Assembly (NCBI GenBank): GCA_947629765.1
Contig: CANREW010000001.1
Location: 29,442 to 93,441 of the forward strand
Length of the DNA: 64,000 nucleotides
Direction: 5' to 3'
Source: an uncultured Clostridia bacterium
Lineage (GTDB): Bacteria; Bacillota; Clostridia; TANB77; CAG-508
Position 1 is the first letter of the stretch. Each line of letters starts with the position of its first letter. Shown here piece after piece: positions 34,864-45,953 of the stretch. Below the pieces are notes generated by a model. It ran no database searches. It was not told the origin of the DNA and saw only the letters and a list, made by a program, of their open reading frames with translations. The position numbers and the translations under genes were made by a program.

Positions 34864-35160
34864 CATAAGCGTTACCTCCACAAAATATTTTTGTTGCTGC
34901 TAGGATACACACAAATGTTGTTGGAATAAATCAACACTAATGAATATATTCATTATACCACCATACTTTAAAAATGTAAATGATTTTCTGACCATCGTAT
35001 TTTTAATTGTTAAAGAAAAAGAAAATGTCCTAAAAATGTCTCTTTTTATTCCAATTTTCTTTTTCTTTAAACTGACCACCCAGTACAATAATTATTATAA
35101 AATTATGTGATATAATTAGTAAAATTAAAATAAAAGTAGATGAAAAGAAAGGAATTTTAA

Positions 35161-35742
35161 ATGCAATTACAAAACTTAAATACTAAGTTTCTTGGAAAGA
35201 ATAGCATTTATTATAAAGAAATAGATTCTACACAAGATGAAATATGGAGAAAAATAAAAAATAAAACTATTAAAAACGGAACATTAATTATTGCAGATAT
35301 CCAGACCAATGGCAAAGGAACTCATGGTAGAATATGGCATACAGATGAAAATAATAATATAGCTTTTTCTTTGTTTGCAGAAATGAACTGTGATGTAAAA
35401 GCGTTGACTGGAATAACGCTAAAAATTGCAAAAATTATAGTGGATATTTTTTATACTATCTATGGAATAAAATTAGAGATTAAGGAACCAAACGATATTG
35501 TAATAAATAACAAAAAACTAGGAGGAATACTTACTCAAACCGCATTAGAAGGAGAAAAAGTCAAATATTTAGTAGTAGGTATAGGAATAAATACAAACAA
35601 AGAAAATTTCTCAGAAGATATAAAAGATATCGCTACTTCTATAAAAAAAGAATTTAATGTAGAGGTTGACAGAGAAGTCTTTATAGCAGAATTTTGCAAT
35701 GTATTTGAAAAAGAATTAATAAAAAGAATAGGTGGTAATTAG
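35161..35742 (+). CDS. birA: biotin--[acetyl-CoA-carboxylase] ligase (group I, no HTH)
   Basis: ...IADIQTNGKGTHGRIWHT... (GxGRxGRxW motif). Located ahead of the fab/acc cluster. Confidence 0.7.
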   Translation: MQLQNLNTKFLGKNSIYYKEIDSTQDEIWRKIKNKTIKNGTLIIADIQTNGKGTHGRIWHTDENNNIAFSLFAEMNCDVKALTGITLKIAKIIVDIFYTIYGIKLEIKEPNDIVINNKKLGGILTQTALEGEKVKYLVVGIGINTNKENFSEDIKDIATSIKKEFNVEVDREVFIAEFCNVFEKELIKRIGGN

Positions 35743-35743
35743 A

Positions 35744-36679
35744 ATGAAGATAGGTTATTTGTTTCCTGGGCAAGGCTCACAAAAAGTAGGAATGGGAAAA
35801 GATATATATTGTGAATTTAAAGAAGCAAGAGAAATATATGATAAGGTAAGAAAAATAACAGATATAGACATAGCAAAAATATCTTTTGAAGGACCAGAAG
35901 ATACTTTAAATGAAACTAAATATACACAACTTGCAATACTAACAATGAGTTTAGCAATATTAAGTGTACTAAAACAAAATGGTATAAAGGAAGATATATC
36001 AGCAGGATTAAGTTTAGGTGAATATACAGCACTAATCAATAGTAATGCAATTTCTTTTGAAGAAGGAGTTAGAATTGTTAAAAAAAGAGGAGAATACATG
36101 CAAAATCTTTTGCTAGAAGGAGATTGGCTTATGGCAGCAATTATTGGGCTGACTGATAAGCAAGTTGAAGAAGCATGTAAAAAAGTAAATACAGGTTTTG
36201 TTGTACCTGCAAACTATAATTGCACGGGGCAAGTTGCAATTTCAGGTGAAAAAGATGCAGTATTAGAAGTTTCAGAGATTGCAAAAAATATGGGAGCAAA
36301 AAAAGCTATGATCTTAAATACTGCTGGTCCATTTCATACAAATAAATTGATAGAAAGCTCAAAGAAACTTAAGAAAGAACTTGAAAAAATAACTATAAAT
36401 AAATTTGAAACAAGAGTAATAAAAAATTTAGATGGAGAATTTTATAAAGATACTGATGATATTAGAGACATCTTATCAAAACATATTATCAATCCTGTAA
36501 GATTTTCAAAAACATTAGAAACTATGATAAACGAAGGAGTAGATACATTTATAGAAATAGGACCAGGAAAAACTTTATCAGGATTTGTAAAAAGAATGGA
36601 GAGTAATAATGTAAGAATATTAAATATAAACAATGTAGAAACTCTAAAAAATACAATAAATTCAGTAAAAGGTATTTAA
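35744..36679 (+). CDS. fabD: malonyl CoA-ACP transacylase
   Basis: MKIGYLFPGQGSQKVGMGKD...GLSLGEYTALI... Confidence 0.85.
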   Translation: MKIGYLFPGQGSQKVGMGKDIYCEFKEAREIYDKVRKITDIDIAKISFEGPEDTLNETKYTQLAILTMSLAILSVLKQNGIKEDISAGLSLGEYTALINSNAISFEEGVRIVKKRGEYMQNLLLEGDWLMAAIIGLTDKQVEEACKKVNTGFVVPANYNCTGQVAISGEKDAVLEVSEIAKNMGAKKAMILNTAGPFHTNKLIESSKKLKKELEKITINKFETRVIKNLDGEFYKDTDDIRDILSKHIINPVRFSKTLETMINEGVDTFIEIGPGKTLSGFVKRMESNNVRILNINNVETLKNTINSVKGI

Positions 36680-36711
36680 TTTTAAAAAATATAAAAAGGA
36701 GAAGATGAAAT

Positions 36712-37446
36712 ATGAATAAAGTTGCTTGTATAACAGGAGCTACTAGAGGAATAGGAAAACAAATTGCAATTACACTTGCAAAAAATGGATATGATATAGT
36801 AGTTAATTACAAAACAGAAAATGATGATTTAATTGCAACAAAAAAAGAGATAGAATCAAAAAATGTAAAATGCTTGGCACTTCAAGGTGATGTATCTAAA
36901 TTTGAAGATTGCGAAAGTATCGCAAAAGAAATTATAGATAAATTTGGAAAGATTGATGTATTAGTAAATAATGCAGGAATTACTAAAGATATGCTATTAA
37001 TGAGAATGAAAGAAGAGGACTTTAAACAAGTAATTGATGTAAACCTAATGGGAACTTTTAATATGACTAAAAGTGTTATTGGATATATGATGAAAGCAAG
37101 AACAGGACGAATAATAAATTTGTCATCAGTAGTTGGAATAGTAGGAAATGCAGGACAAACGAATTATTCTGCTTCAAAAGCTGGAATAATCGGATTTACA
37201 AAAAGTTTAGCAAAAGAAGTAGCGTCAAGAAATATTTTAGTAAATGCTATTGCACCAGGATTTATAGAGACAAATATGACAGAAGTACTAAAAGAAGAAG
37301 TTAAAGAAGAAATTGCAAAATCAATACCTTTAAAGAGAATGGGAAAAGTAGAAGATGTTGCAAATTTAGTAAAATTTTTATCTTCGGAAGAAAGTTCCTA
37401 TATTACTGGTCAAGTAATTCATGTAGATGGCGGAATGGTAATGTAA
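36712..37446 (+). CDS. fabG: 3-oxoacyl-ACP reductase
   Basis: SDR family: ITGATRGIGKQIA..., NAGITKD..., ...YSASKAG... Confidence 0.85.
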   Translation: MNKVACITGATRGIGKQIAITLAKNGYDIVVNYKTENDDLIATKKEIESKNVKCLALQGDVSKFEDCESIAKEIIDKFGKIDVLVNNAGITKDMLLMRMKEEDFKQVIDVNLMGTFNMTKSVIGYMMKARTGRIINLSSVVGIVGNAGQTNYSASKAGIIGFTKSLAKEVASRNILVNAIAPGFIETNMTEVLKEEVKEEIAKSIPLKRMGKVEDVANLVKFLSSEESSYITGQVIHVDGGMVM

Positions 37447-37479
37447 AATATAATAAAAATAATAGGAGAGAAAATTCGT

Positions 37480-38718
37480 ATGGAAAAAAGAGTTGTAATT
37501 ACAGGTTTAGGAGCAATAACTCCAATAGGAAAAAATGTAGAAGAAACTTGGAAAGGAATAGAAAATGGAATTTGCGGTATAGATAAAATTTCTTTATTTG
37601 ATACTACAAATTTCAAAACAAGTTTAGCAGCAGAAATCAAAGATTATCAGCCATTAGATTATTTTGAGCCAAAGCAAGCAAAAAGATTTGACAGATCATC
37701 TCAATTTACAATAATTTCTGCAAGAGAAGCAGTTAAAGATAGTGGTATAACAGCTGAAAATACTAACTTTGAACGAGTTGGAGTTTTTGTAAGTTCAGGA
37801 ATCGGGGGATTAAGAACTATTCAGGAACAATGTGAAATAAATTGTTTAAAAGGTAATAATAGGGTATCTCCTATGTTTATCCCAATGTCGATAGCAAATA
37901 TGCCAGCAGGAAATATTGCAATAGAATTTGGATTTAAAGGAGAATCAATATCAATAGTAACAGCTTGTGCATCTTCTACTCATGCAATAGGAGAGGCATA
38001 TAAAACTATAAAACAAGGATATGAGGACGTCATAATAGCAGGTGGAACAGAAGCATCAATATGCTCAGTAGGAATAGCAGGTTTTGAAAATATGAAAGCA
38101 TTATATACGGGAGAGGATAAATCAAGAGCAAGTATACCATTTGATAAGGAAAGAAGTGGATTTGTAATGGGTGAAGGAGCAGGAATGGTCATACTTGAAG
38201 AATTAGAACATGCGAAAAAAAGAGGAGCTAAAATTTATGCAGAACTTATAGGATTTGGCTCTACATCAGATGCATATCATATAACTTCTCCAGATCCAGA
38301 AGGAAATTCAAGTGCAAGAGCAATGACTAGGGCAATGGAAGATGCAAAAATTAAACCAGAAGATATAGATTATATAAATGCACACGGAACTTCTACTCAT
38401 TTAAATGATTCAACAGAAACACTAGCAATAAAAAAAGCTTTAGGAGATGCAAGTAAAAAAGTAATGGTAAGTTCAACCAAGGGAAATACAGGACATCTAT
38501 TAGGAGCAGCAGGTGGAGTTGAAGCAATTATTAGCGTTAAAGCTATTGAAAACCAATTAGTGCCTGCTACAATAAATTACAGAGAAAAAGATGAAGAATG
38601 TGATTTGGATATTGTACCAAATAATCCAAAGAAAGCTGGCATAAATATTGTAATGTCAAATTCTTTGGGATTTGGCGGACACAATGCATGTATCATATTA
38701 AAAAAGTATAAAGACTAG
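37480..38718 (+). CDS. fabF: 3-oxoacyl-ACP synthase II
   Basis: MEKRVVITGLGAITPIGKNVEETW...ACASSTHAIGEA...HGTSTHLND... Confidence 0.9.
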   Translation: MEKRVVITGLGAITPIGKNVEETWKGIENGICGIDKISLFDTTNFKTSLAAEIKDYQPLDYFEPKQAKRFDRSSQFTIISAREAVKDSGITAENTNFERVGVFVSSGIGGLRTIQEQCEINCLKGNNRVSPMFIPMSIANMPAGNIAIEFGFKGESISIVTACASSTHAIGEAYKTIKQGYEDVIIAGGTEASICSVGIAGFENMKALYTGEDKSRASIPFDKERSGFVMGEGAGMVILEELEHAKKRGAKIYAELIGFGSTSDAYHITSPDPEGNSSARAMTRAMEDAKIKPEDIDYINAHGTSTHLNDSTETLAIKKALGDASKKVMVSSTKGNTGHLLGAAGGVEAIISVKAIENQLVPATINYREKDEECDLDIVPNNPKKAGINIVMSNSLGFGGHNACIILKKYKD

Positions 38719-38730
38719 GAGGAATATAAG

Positions 38731-39165
38731 ATGGAATATGAAAAAATAAAACAATTAATGGAAGATATGGGAAATTCTAAATTAACAGCTATTGATATAG
38801 ATTTTCCAGATGGTACTAAAATCAGTATGAAAAAAGAATCAGACCATGAGAATACTTACATAGAAAAAGAAATCAAAAAAGATAAACAAGAAGAACAAAT
38901 AAAAGATCAGGTGCAAACCGAAGAACAAGTAGGTAACATTGTAAAATCTCCTATGGTTGGAACATTTTATATAAAACCTTCTCCAACTTCGGAGCCTTAT
39001 GTTGAAATTGGAAAAACTGTAAAAAAAGGTGATATACTTTGTATAATAGAAGCAATGAAACTTATGAATGAAATTGAATCAGAATTTTCAGGTGAAGTAA
39101 CCGAAATTTTAGTTAAAGATGGGGATTCAGTAGAATATGGAACTCCTTTATTTAAAATTAAATAA
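38731..39165 (+). CDS. accB: acetyl-CoA carboxylase biotin carboxyl carrier protein
   Basis: ...[13 protein letters not shown]... biotinyl-lysine motif. Confidence 0.85.
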   Translation: MEYEKIKQLMEDMGNSKLTAIDIDFPDGTKISMKKESDHENTYIEKEIKKDKQEEQIKDQVQTEEQVGNIVKSPMVGTFYIKPSPTSEPYVEIGKTVKKGDILCIIEAMKLMNEIESEFSGEVTEILVKDGDSVEYGTPLFKIK

Positions 39166-39181
39166 AGAAAGGAAATTTAAA

Positions 39182-39604
39182 ATGTTAGATAAAGAACAAA
39201 TAAAAGATATTATTCCTCAAAGAGAACCTTTTTTAATGATTGACGAAGTAGAAGAATATATACCAGGAGAAAGTGCAATAGCATATAAAAATGTGAGAAA
39301 TGAAGAATGGTATTTTAAAGGACATTTTCCAGGAAATCCTATAATGCCAGGAGTTTTAATAACAGAGGCTCTTGCACAAACGGGAGCTGTTGCAATTTTA
39401 TCGATGCAAGAAAACAAAGGTAAAAATGCTTTGTTTGGAGGAATTGATAAAATGAAATTTAAAAAAATGGTATTGCCAGGAGACAGATTAAAATTAGAAG
39501 TTAAAATTATAAAAAGAAAAGGACCAATAGGAGTTGGTGAAGCAATAGCAACAGTTGATGGAGTTATTGCAGCAAAAGGTGAATTAACTTTCGCAGTTGT
39601 TTAA
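39182..39604 (+). CDS. fabZ: 3-hydroxyacyl-ACP dehydratase
   Basis: MLDKEQIKDIIPQREPFLMIDEV...HFPGNPIMPGVLITEALAQ... Confidence 0.85.
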   Translation: MLDKEQIKDIIPQREPFLMIDEVEEYIPGESAIAYKNVRNEEWYFKGHFPGNPIMPGVLITEALAQTGAVAILSMQENKGKNALFGGIDKMKFKKMVLPGDRLKLEVKIIKRKGPIGVGEAIATVDGVIAAKGELTFAVV

Positions 39605-39656
39605 AAAATCAATATCACAACTTAAAGCCTTTTAAGAAGGGAAATGATAAAAAAAT

Positions 39657-41027
39657 ATGAATAAAATATTAATTGCAAACCGTGGAGAAATTGCAGTTCG
39701 TATTATTAGAGCTTGCAAAGAAATGAATATTAAAACTGTGGCAGTATATTCTGACATAGATAAAGATGCATTACATACTCGTTTAGCAGATGAGGCAATT
39801 TGTATTGGCCCAGCAGCTGCAAATAAAAGTTATTTAAATATTAAAAACATTATTGAAGCTGCATATATAACTGGAAGTGATAGTATTCATCCTGGTTTTG
39901 GATTTCTATCTGAAAATGCAGAATTTGCTAAAATATGTGAAGAATCTAATATTAAATTTATAGGACCTAGTTCAAAAGCGATAAACCTATTAGGTAATAA
40001 ATCAAATAGTAAAGAAATAATGAAACAAGCAGGAATTCCAGTTATTCCAGGATCAGAAGGAAGTGTAAAAGGATTAAATGATGCAATAATTATTGCAGAA
40101 CAGATAGGTTATCCAGTTATGTTAAAAGCAGCCGCAGGTGGTGGAGGAAAAGGAATAAGAATAGCAAATAATAGTCATGAACTAGAAACGAATTATAACA
40201 TAGTAAAGCAAGAAGCAAAGAATTCTTTTAATGATGATGAAATTTATATAGAAAAATTTATAAAAAATCCTAGACACGTTGAAATACAAATATTAGCTGA
40301 CGAATATGGAAATGTAGTTCATTTAGGTGAAAGAGATTGTTCAATTCAAAGAAGACATCAAAAAATAATTGAAGAAACGCCATCTACAATTGTAGACGAA
40401 AAATTAAGAAATAAAATGGGAAATGTAGCAATAAAGGTAGATAAAACTGCGGGATATACTAGTTGCGGAACAGTAGAATTTTTAGTCGATGATGATAAAA
40501 ATTTCTATTTTATGGAAATGAACACGAGAATTCAGGTTGAACATCCTATAACTGAAATGAGAACAGGAATAGACATTGTAAAAGAACAAATAAGAATTGC
40601 AGGAGGAGAAAAATTAAAATTCAAGCAAAAAGAAATAAAATTTAATGGACACTCAATAGAATGTAGAATTAATGCGGAAAACCCTATGAAAAATTTTATG
40701 CCTTGTCCAGGGAAAATAAATGAAATAAATCTTCCAGGTGGTAATGGCATAAGGGTAGATACAGCTATATATAATGGATATACAATACCTCCTAATTATG
40801 ATTCAATGATTGCAAAAGTTATAACACATGGAGTAACAAGAAATGAAACAATAGCAAAAATGAAAAGAGCATTACAAGAGTTAGTAATAGATGGAGTAGA
40901 AACTAATATAGATTTTATATTTGATATAATTAGGAATCCAGATTTTATTAGAGGTAATTTTAACACTTCGTTTATTGAAGATAAAATATTAAATAGGCAA
41001 ACTATTAAGAGAGAGGATCAAAGATGA
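39657..41027 (+). CDS. accC: acetyl-CoA carboxylase biotin carboxylase subunit
   Basis: MNKILIANRGEIAVRIIRACKEMNIKTVAVYSD...EMNTRIQVEHPITE... Confidence 0.9.
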   Translation: MNKILIANRGEIAVRIIRACKEMNIKTVAVYSDIDKDALHTRLADEAICIGPAAANKSYLNIKNIIEAAYITGSDSIHPGFGFLSENAEFAKICEESNIKFIGPSSKAINLLGNKSNSKEIMKQAGIPVIPGSEGSVKGLNDAIIIAEQIGYPVMLKAAAGGGGKGIRIANNSHELETNYNIVKQEAKNSFNDDEIYIEKFIKNPRHVEIQILADEYGNVVHLGERDCSIQRRHQKIIEETPSTIVDEKLRNKMGNVAIKVDKTAGYTSCGTVEFLVDDDKNFYFMEMNTRIQVEHPITEMRTGIDIVKEQIRIAGGEKLKFKQKEIKFNGHSIECRINAENPMKNFMPCPGKINEINLPGGNGIRVDTAIYNGYTIPPNYDSMIAKVITHGVTRNETIAKMKRALQELVIDGVETNIDFIFDIIRNPDFIRGNFNTSFIEDKILNRQTIKREDQR

Positions 41028-41884
41028 TTGTTGATAAAATAAAAAAACAAGAAGTGAAGAATGTAAAAAATAAGAAACCAAATATAGATATACCAGTAGG
41101 CAAATGGATTAAATGTGATAATTGTAAAGAAATTCTATATAAAGAAGCAGTTAGAGATAATTTAAGTATTTGTCCTAATTGTGGTCATTATTTTAGAATG
41201 CATATAGGGAAAAGATTAAATCTCATAATAGATGATGGAACCTATAAAAGATTTGATATAAATATTGATACTCCAAATCCTTTGCAATTGGAAGACTATC
41301 CTAAAAAACTTAAAAGTTTAAGAGAAAAGACAGGCCTTGAAGAAGCTGTAAGTTGTGGAACAGGAAATATAAATGGAGAAAAGGTTGTAATTTGTATAAT
41401 GGATAGCGCTTTTTTAATGGGAAGTATGGGCATTGTTGTAGGAGAAAAAATTACATATAGTATAGAACAAGCAGTCCAAAACAAATTACCACTTATCATA
41501 TTTTCTACTTCTGGTGGAGCAAGAATGCAAGAAGGTATAATATCTTTAATGCAAATGGCAAAGACAACAGCAGCACTTACTAAACTACATGAGGCAGGAT
41601 TATTATATATATCAGTATTGACAGACCCAACTTACGGAGGAGTTACAGCATCATTTGCAAGTTTAGGAGATATCATTTTAGCAGAACCAAAAGCTATGAT
41701 AGGATTTGCAGGGCAAAGGGTAATAGAACAAACAATAGGTGAATCATTACCAGAAGGTTTTCAAACTGCTGAATTTTTATTAGAACATGGATTTATAGAT
41801 AAAATAGTAGAAAGAAAAGATTTAAAAGAGACTATTTATAAACTAATAAAATTCCATAAAGGAGGTTTAACATATAGTGAATAG
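41024..41884 (+). CDS. accD: acetyl-CoA carboxylase carboxyltransferase beta subunit
   Basis: Zinc ribbon [26 protein letters not shown] plus a CT domain. Confidence 0.85.
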   Translation: MIVDKIKKQEVKNVKNKKPNIDIPVGKWIKCDNCKEILYKEAVRDNLSICPNCGHYFRMHIGKRLNLIIDDGTYKRFDINIDTPNPLQLEDYPKKLKSLREKTGLEEAVSCGTGNINGEKVVICIMDSAFLMGSMGIVVGEKITYSIEQAVQNKLPLIIFSTSGGARMQEGIISLMQMAKTTAALTKLHEAGLLYISVLTDPTYGGVTASFASLGDIILAEPKAMIGFAGQRVIEQTIGESLPEGFQTAEFLLEHGFIDKIVERKDLKETIYKLIKFHKGGLTYSE

Positions 41885-42692
41885 AAAAGTTACTGCTTGG
41901 GAAAAAGTTGAGATAGCAAGAAATCCTAAGAGAAAGACAGCTCTTGATTACATAGAAAATATATTTGATGATTTTATAGAACTACATGGGGACAGAAATT
42001 TCAAAGATGATAAGGCAATGGTTTGTGGTTTAGCAAGGATAGAAGAACAAAATTTTACGATAATTGCTGAACAAAAAGGAAGGACAACAAAGGAAAATAT
42101 AGAAAGAAATTTTGGAATGCCAAATCCAGAAAGTTATAGAAAAGCAATAAGATTTATGAAACAAGCCGAAAAATTTGGAAGACCAGTAATTACTTTTATA
42201 GATACAAAAGGAGCATATCCTGGTATTGGAGCAGAAGAAAGAGGCCAAGGTGAAGCAATAGCAAAATCTATGTTTGAAATGGCAAAATTAAGAGTACCTA
42301 TAATTGCAATAGTCATAGGAGAAGGATCAAGTGGAGGAGCGTTAGCAATAGGAGTAGCAAATAAAGTTTTTATGCTAGAAAATGCAATTTATTCAATACT
42401 TTCACCAGAAGGTTATAGTAGTATTTTATGGAAAGATGCAAATAGATTTAAAGAAGCAGCAGAAAAGATGAAATTAACAGCAAAGGATCTATATGATTTA
42501 AAAGTAATAGATAAAGTAATTAAAGAGCCAAATGGAGATAGTGAAGAAAGCTTTAACAAAGTAGTTTGCAGTTTAAAAAAAGAAATAAAAAAAGTTATAA
42601 ATGAGAGTAATTTAACAACAAATGAAATTGTCCAAGAAAGATATAACAAGTTTAGAAATATGGGTGAATTTATAAATTTACAGGAGGAATGA
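41877..42692 (+). CDS. accA: acetyl-CoA carboxylase carboxyltransferase alpha subunit
   Basis: ...[48 protein letters not shown]... Confidence 0.85.
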   Translation: MNRKVTAWEKVEIARNPKRKTALDYIENIFDDFIELHGDRNFKDDKAMVCGLARIEEQNFTIIAEQKGRTTKENIERNFGMPNPESYRKAIRFMKQAEKFGRPVITFIDTKGAYPGIGAEERGQGEAIAKSMFEMAKLRVPIIAIVIGEGSSGGALAIGVANKVFMLENAIYSILSPEGYSSILWKDANRFKEAAEKMKLTAKDLYDLKVIDKVIKEPNGDSEESFNKVVCSLKKEIKKVINESNLTTNEIVQERYNKFRNMGEFINLQEE

Positions 42693-42695
42693 AAA

Positions 42696-43469
42696 ATGTT
42701 ATTAAAAGATAAAAAAATATTAATAATGGGAATAAGAAATAAATGGAGTATAGCATATGGAATTGCAAAATCTGCCTATGATAATGGAGCAAAATTAATC
42801 TTTACGTATATGGGAGAAGAAAATAAAGAAAAGATTGAAGACCTCATAAGCGACTTTAAAGGCAGTAAAGCATATCCGCTAGATGATGCATCAGAAGATA
42901 ACTTAGTTAAAGAAGTTTTCTCACAAATAAAAAAAGAAAATGGAAAAATAAATGGATTAGTTCATGCAATAGCACATGCTAACACAGAAGATTTGCACAA
43001 TGATTTTATATTCACAAGTAAAGAAGGATATGCCCATGCGGTAGATGTTAGTGCTTATTCTTTTGTACTCTCTGCAAGAATTTTAGAAGAATTAGATATG
43101 TTAAATGAAAATGCTAGTATGGTTACTTTAACATATTATGGGTCTGAAAAAGTTTTAAAAGGTTACAATGTTATGGGAGTAGCAAAAGCAGCATTAGAAG
43201 CAAGTGTTAGATATCTAGCAGAAAATTTAGGAAGACAAAATATAAGAGTAAACGCTATCTCAGCTGGACCCATAAAAACATTATCAGCAAAAGGAATAAA
43301 AGATTTTTCATCAATAATGACTGTTGTAGAAGAAAAATCGCCTCTACATAGAAATGTAACTACTACACAAATAGGCAATGTTTCTACATTTTTACTAAGT
43401 AATATGTCAGATGCTATAACAGGTCAGATAATATATGCTGACAGTGGATATAGTATAATGGGAGTATAA
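42696..43469 (+). CDS. fabI: enoyl-ACP reductase (FabI-type)
   Basis: MLLKDKKILIMGIRNKWSIAYGIAKSAYDNGAKLIFTY... SDR fold with the FabI-type N-terminus. Confidence 0.75.
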   Translation: MLLKDKKILIMGIRNKWSIAYGIAKSAYDNGAKLIFTYMGEENKEKIEDLISDFKGSKAYPLDDASEDNLVKEVFSQIKKENGKINGLVHAIAHANTEDLHNDFIFTSKEGYAHAVDVSAYSFVLSARILEELDMLNENASMVTLTYYGSEKVLKGYNVMGVAKAALEASVRYLAENLGRQNIRVNAISAGPIKTLSAKGIKDFSSIMTVVEEKSPLHRNVTTTQIGNVSTFLLSNMSDAITGQIIYADSGYSIMGV

Positions 43470-43742
43470 ATCAATAAGAACATTCAAATAGTTGAAGATT
43501 GTTTGCTTTTAATAAATTATAAAAAATTTAATTTTATACTTATAGTAATTTGTGTAGCATATAGCTTTGACAAAATAAAAATATTTTGTTAAAATAATAA
43601 AAATAAAAAATTAAAAAGATGACACATGTAGTGCTTAAAAGCACATAAATCTGATTACAGAGCTTTTTATAAAGTGATATAGTTTAGATTTTGTTGCAAA
43701 TAGTAACTATGTGTGTTTTGCTTTTAATAGAAAGGAGAAAAA

Positions 43743-44333
43743 ATGCCACAGAACAAATTTCAAAAGTTAATGTTTGCATTAATTACAGTTATAATAACAG
43801 TACATGCTTATGTTTTCTTTAGTTTATATGTCGTTAATGGAAATACTTTAATGGCCATAAATGGAGAAACAAGTGTAATAGCTGCAATAAATAAACAAGG
43901 TGGAGTTATGATGCTTGGTCAAATGCTACCAATTTGGGCTATAATTTTAGTTGAATTTTGCTTGGCTTATAGTTTAGAAATATTTGTAGGACAACCACTA
44001 TCATTTAAATTTGCTTCAAAAGTATTTGATATGAAAACAACGCATCCAGTTTTGTTTGAAACTACAATTATATGTGCAACAGTTGGAATAATGTGTCCTG
44101 CAATGAGTTTTATAGCAGCATTTTTATATTATCCTTATTATATGGGATTTAATATATTTACATTACTTGCAAATTGGTTAAAATTAATATGTTTTAATTT
44201 CCCATTTGCATATTTTACACAATTATTCTTTATTCAACCAACAGTTAGAAGAATATTTAAGATGATATTTGTTAGAAATAAAAATAACAAGAATACTCTA
44301 AAAAATGAAAAAGAATTAGTAAGTGCAATATAG
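43743..44333 (+). CDS. integral membrane protein
   Basis: 196 aa, multiple TM helices. AGGAGA RBS. Confidence 0.4.
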   Translation: MPQNKFQKLMFALITVIITVHAYVFFSLYVVNGNTLMAINGETSVIAAINKQGGVMMLGQMLPIWAIILVEFCLAYSLEIFVGQPLSFKFASKVFDMKTTHPVLFETTIICATVGIMCPAMSFIAAFLYYPYYMGFNIFTLLANWLKLICFNFPFAYFTQLFFIQPTVRRIFKMIFVRNKNNKNTLKNEKELVSAI

Positions 44334-44487
44334 AATGTTAGAGTAAAAACTTATTTACATAACTTACAATTTACCTTAAAGCAAGCAATTAGTTGAAAAT
44401 TGCTTGCTTTTATGTTAAAATAATAAAGTAATAAACAGATAACAGTAATACTACATAAATTAATAATTTATATTGTGGAGGTGGATT

Positions 44488-44784
44488 ATGAAAAAAAGTG
44501 TAAAAATATTTTTAATAATTTTATCCATTTTAATAGTTGTTATATTAGTTGACACAATTCAAGCAAAAGTATTAAACAATGTACCTTTAATAAAAATACG
44601 ATATAATTTAGATGGTGGAAATGTAGATTTTGTTGATAAAGGAATTTTTGTATATACTTATGTTTTTACTGACGAAGAAAGAAAAACAGTTTTTAGATGG
44701 GAAAAATATTCTCCACCATTAGAAACATCTGCTATTGGTATATATTCAAAACGTGGAAAATATGGCGGAACATATACACATTAG
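44488..44784 (+). CDS. small secreted / membrane-anchored protein
   Basis: MKKSVKIFLIILSILIVVILV... signal-anchor. GGAGG RBS. Confidence 0.35.
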   Translation: MKKSVKIFLIILSILIVVILVDTIQAKVLNNVPLIKIRYNLDGGNVDFVDKGIFVYTYVFTDEERKTVFRWEKYSPPLETSAIGIYSKRGKYGGTYTH

Positions 44785-44882
44785 ATATACTTAACAATGC
44801 TGAAAAGATAAAATTATTGTGAGATAAAAACGAAGTTAATTAAAAAGAAAATATAATAAAAATAAAAAAATCGGATTGAAGA

Positions 44883-44990
44883 GTTTATTTAGGTACTTCA
44901 AAGAATAAAGAAAAATTTTATGAAAAATTTGGATTTGTAAAAAGAATAGATGCAAATTTGAAGTATGGAATGATTTTGAAAAGGTAGAAA
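44883..44990 (+). pseudogene. remnant of a GNAT N-acetyltransferase (C-terminal fragment only)
   Basis: ...LGTSKNKEKFYEKFGFVKRIDANLKYGMILKR-stop: the conserved GNAT C-terminal motif, with no upstream N-terminal part. Confidence 0.4.
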
Positions 44991-44999
44991 AGGAGATTT

Positions 45000-45854
45000 A
45001 TGGATAATAATAAATTAGAAACAATTTCAAATCTTTTTGAAGATAAAGAAATAAGAAGTATTTGGGATAGTGACAAAGAAGAATATTACTTTAGTGTTGT
45101 TGATGTTATTGGAGCATTGACAGACAGCAATATTCCAAAAAGATATTGGACAGATTTAAAAAGAAAATTAGAAAAAGAAGGAAGTGAACTGTACGAAAAT
45201 ATCGTACAGTTGAAAATTAAAGCTCAAGATGGGAAAATGAGGGAAACAGATACCTTAGATACAAAAGGAATTTTAAGATTAATTGAATCTGTTCCAAGTC
45301 CTAAAGCAGAGCCATTTAAACTTTGGTTGGCAAAATTAGGAAGTGAAAGAATTGATGAAGTGTTCGATCCTGAAATTGCAGTTAATAGAGCTGTTGAATA
45401 TTATAGAAATAAAGGATATACGAACGAATGGATAAAAGCTAGATTAAGTGGAATAGTTGATAGATTTAAACTTACTGATGTTTGGAAAGAAGGCGGAATT
45501 ACTAAACCAATGGAATTTGCACTTCTAACAAACGAAATATATAAAGGCTGGTCTGGAATGAAAGCTAGTGAATATAAGGAACTAAAAGGGCTTAGAAAAG
45601 AATCTTTAAGAGATAATATGACTGACATTGAAGTTGCTCTAACAAATATTGGTGAAATAGCAACAAGGGATATTGCAAGAGAAGAACATCCAAAAGGATT
45701 AAAAGAAAATTTAAATGTAGCAAAGCGTGGTGGAGGAGTTGCAAGGGGAGCAAAAGACTTATATGAAAAAGAAACTAAAAAATCAGCTATATCAAAAAAC
45801 AATAGCTTAAATTATAAATACATAGATGAAAAATTAATAGAAGATAAAAAATAA
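45000..45854 (+). CDS. Bro-N domain protein (DinD-like DNA-damage-inducible / phage antirepressor family)
   Basis: N-terminal ...IRSIWDSDKEEYYFSVVDVIGALTDSNIPKRYWTDLKRKL... matches the Bro-N architecture. Confidence 0.55.
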   Translation: MDNNKLETISNLFEDKEIRSIWDSDKEEYYFSVVDVIGALTDSNIPKRYWTDLKRKLEKEGSELYENIVQLKIKAQDGKMRETDTLDTKGILRLIESVPSPKAEPFKLWLAKLGSERIDEVFDPEIAVNRAVEYYRNKGYTNEWIKARLSGIVDRFKLTDVWKEGGITKPMEFALLTNEIYKGWSGMKASEYKELKGLRKESLRDNMTDIEVALTNIGEIATRDIAREEHPKGLKENLNVAKRGGGVARGAKDLYEKETKKSAISKNNSLNYKYIDEKLIEDKK

Positions 45855-45953
45855 ATAGTTTCAATTTCGTCGAATTCGACTGGTTTAAAAAAGTGTTCAA
45901 AAATGAACACTTAAGATTTGAATTTTTTAGTTTTAAAAGAAGGAAGTGAGAAG

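Noticed and set aside
38980-38995. cttCggagc in accB as a 14th insertion site
   Set aside because: In accB this CGG spans two codons (tcg gag). The reading frame is intact and gives the expected BCCP sequence, so it is a natural occurrence.
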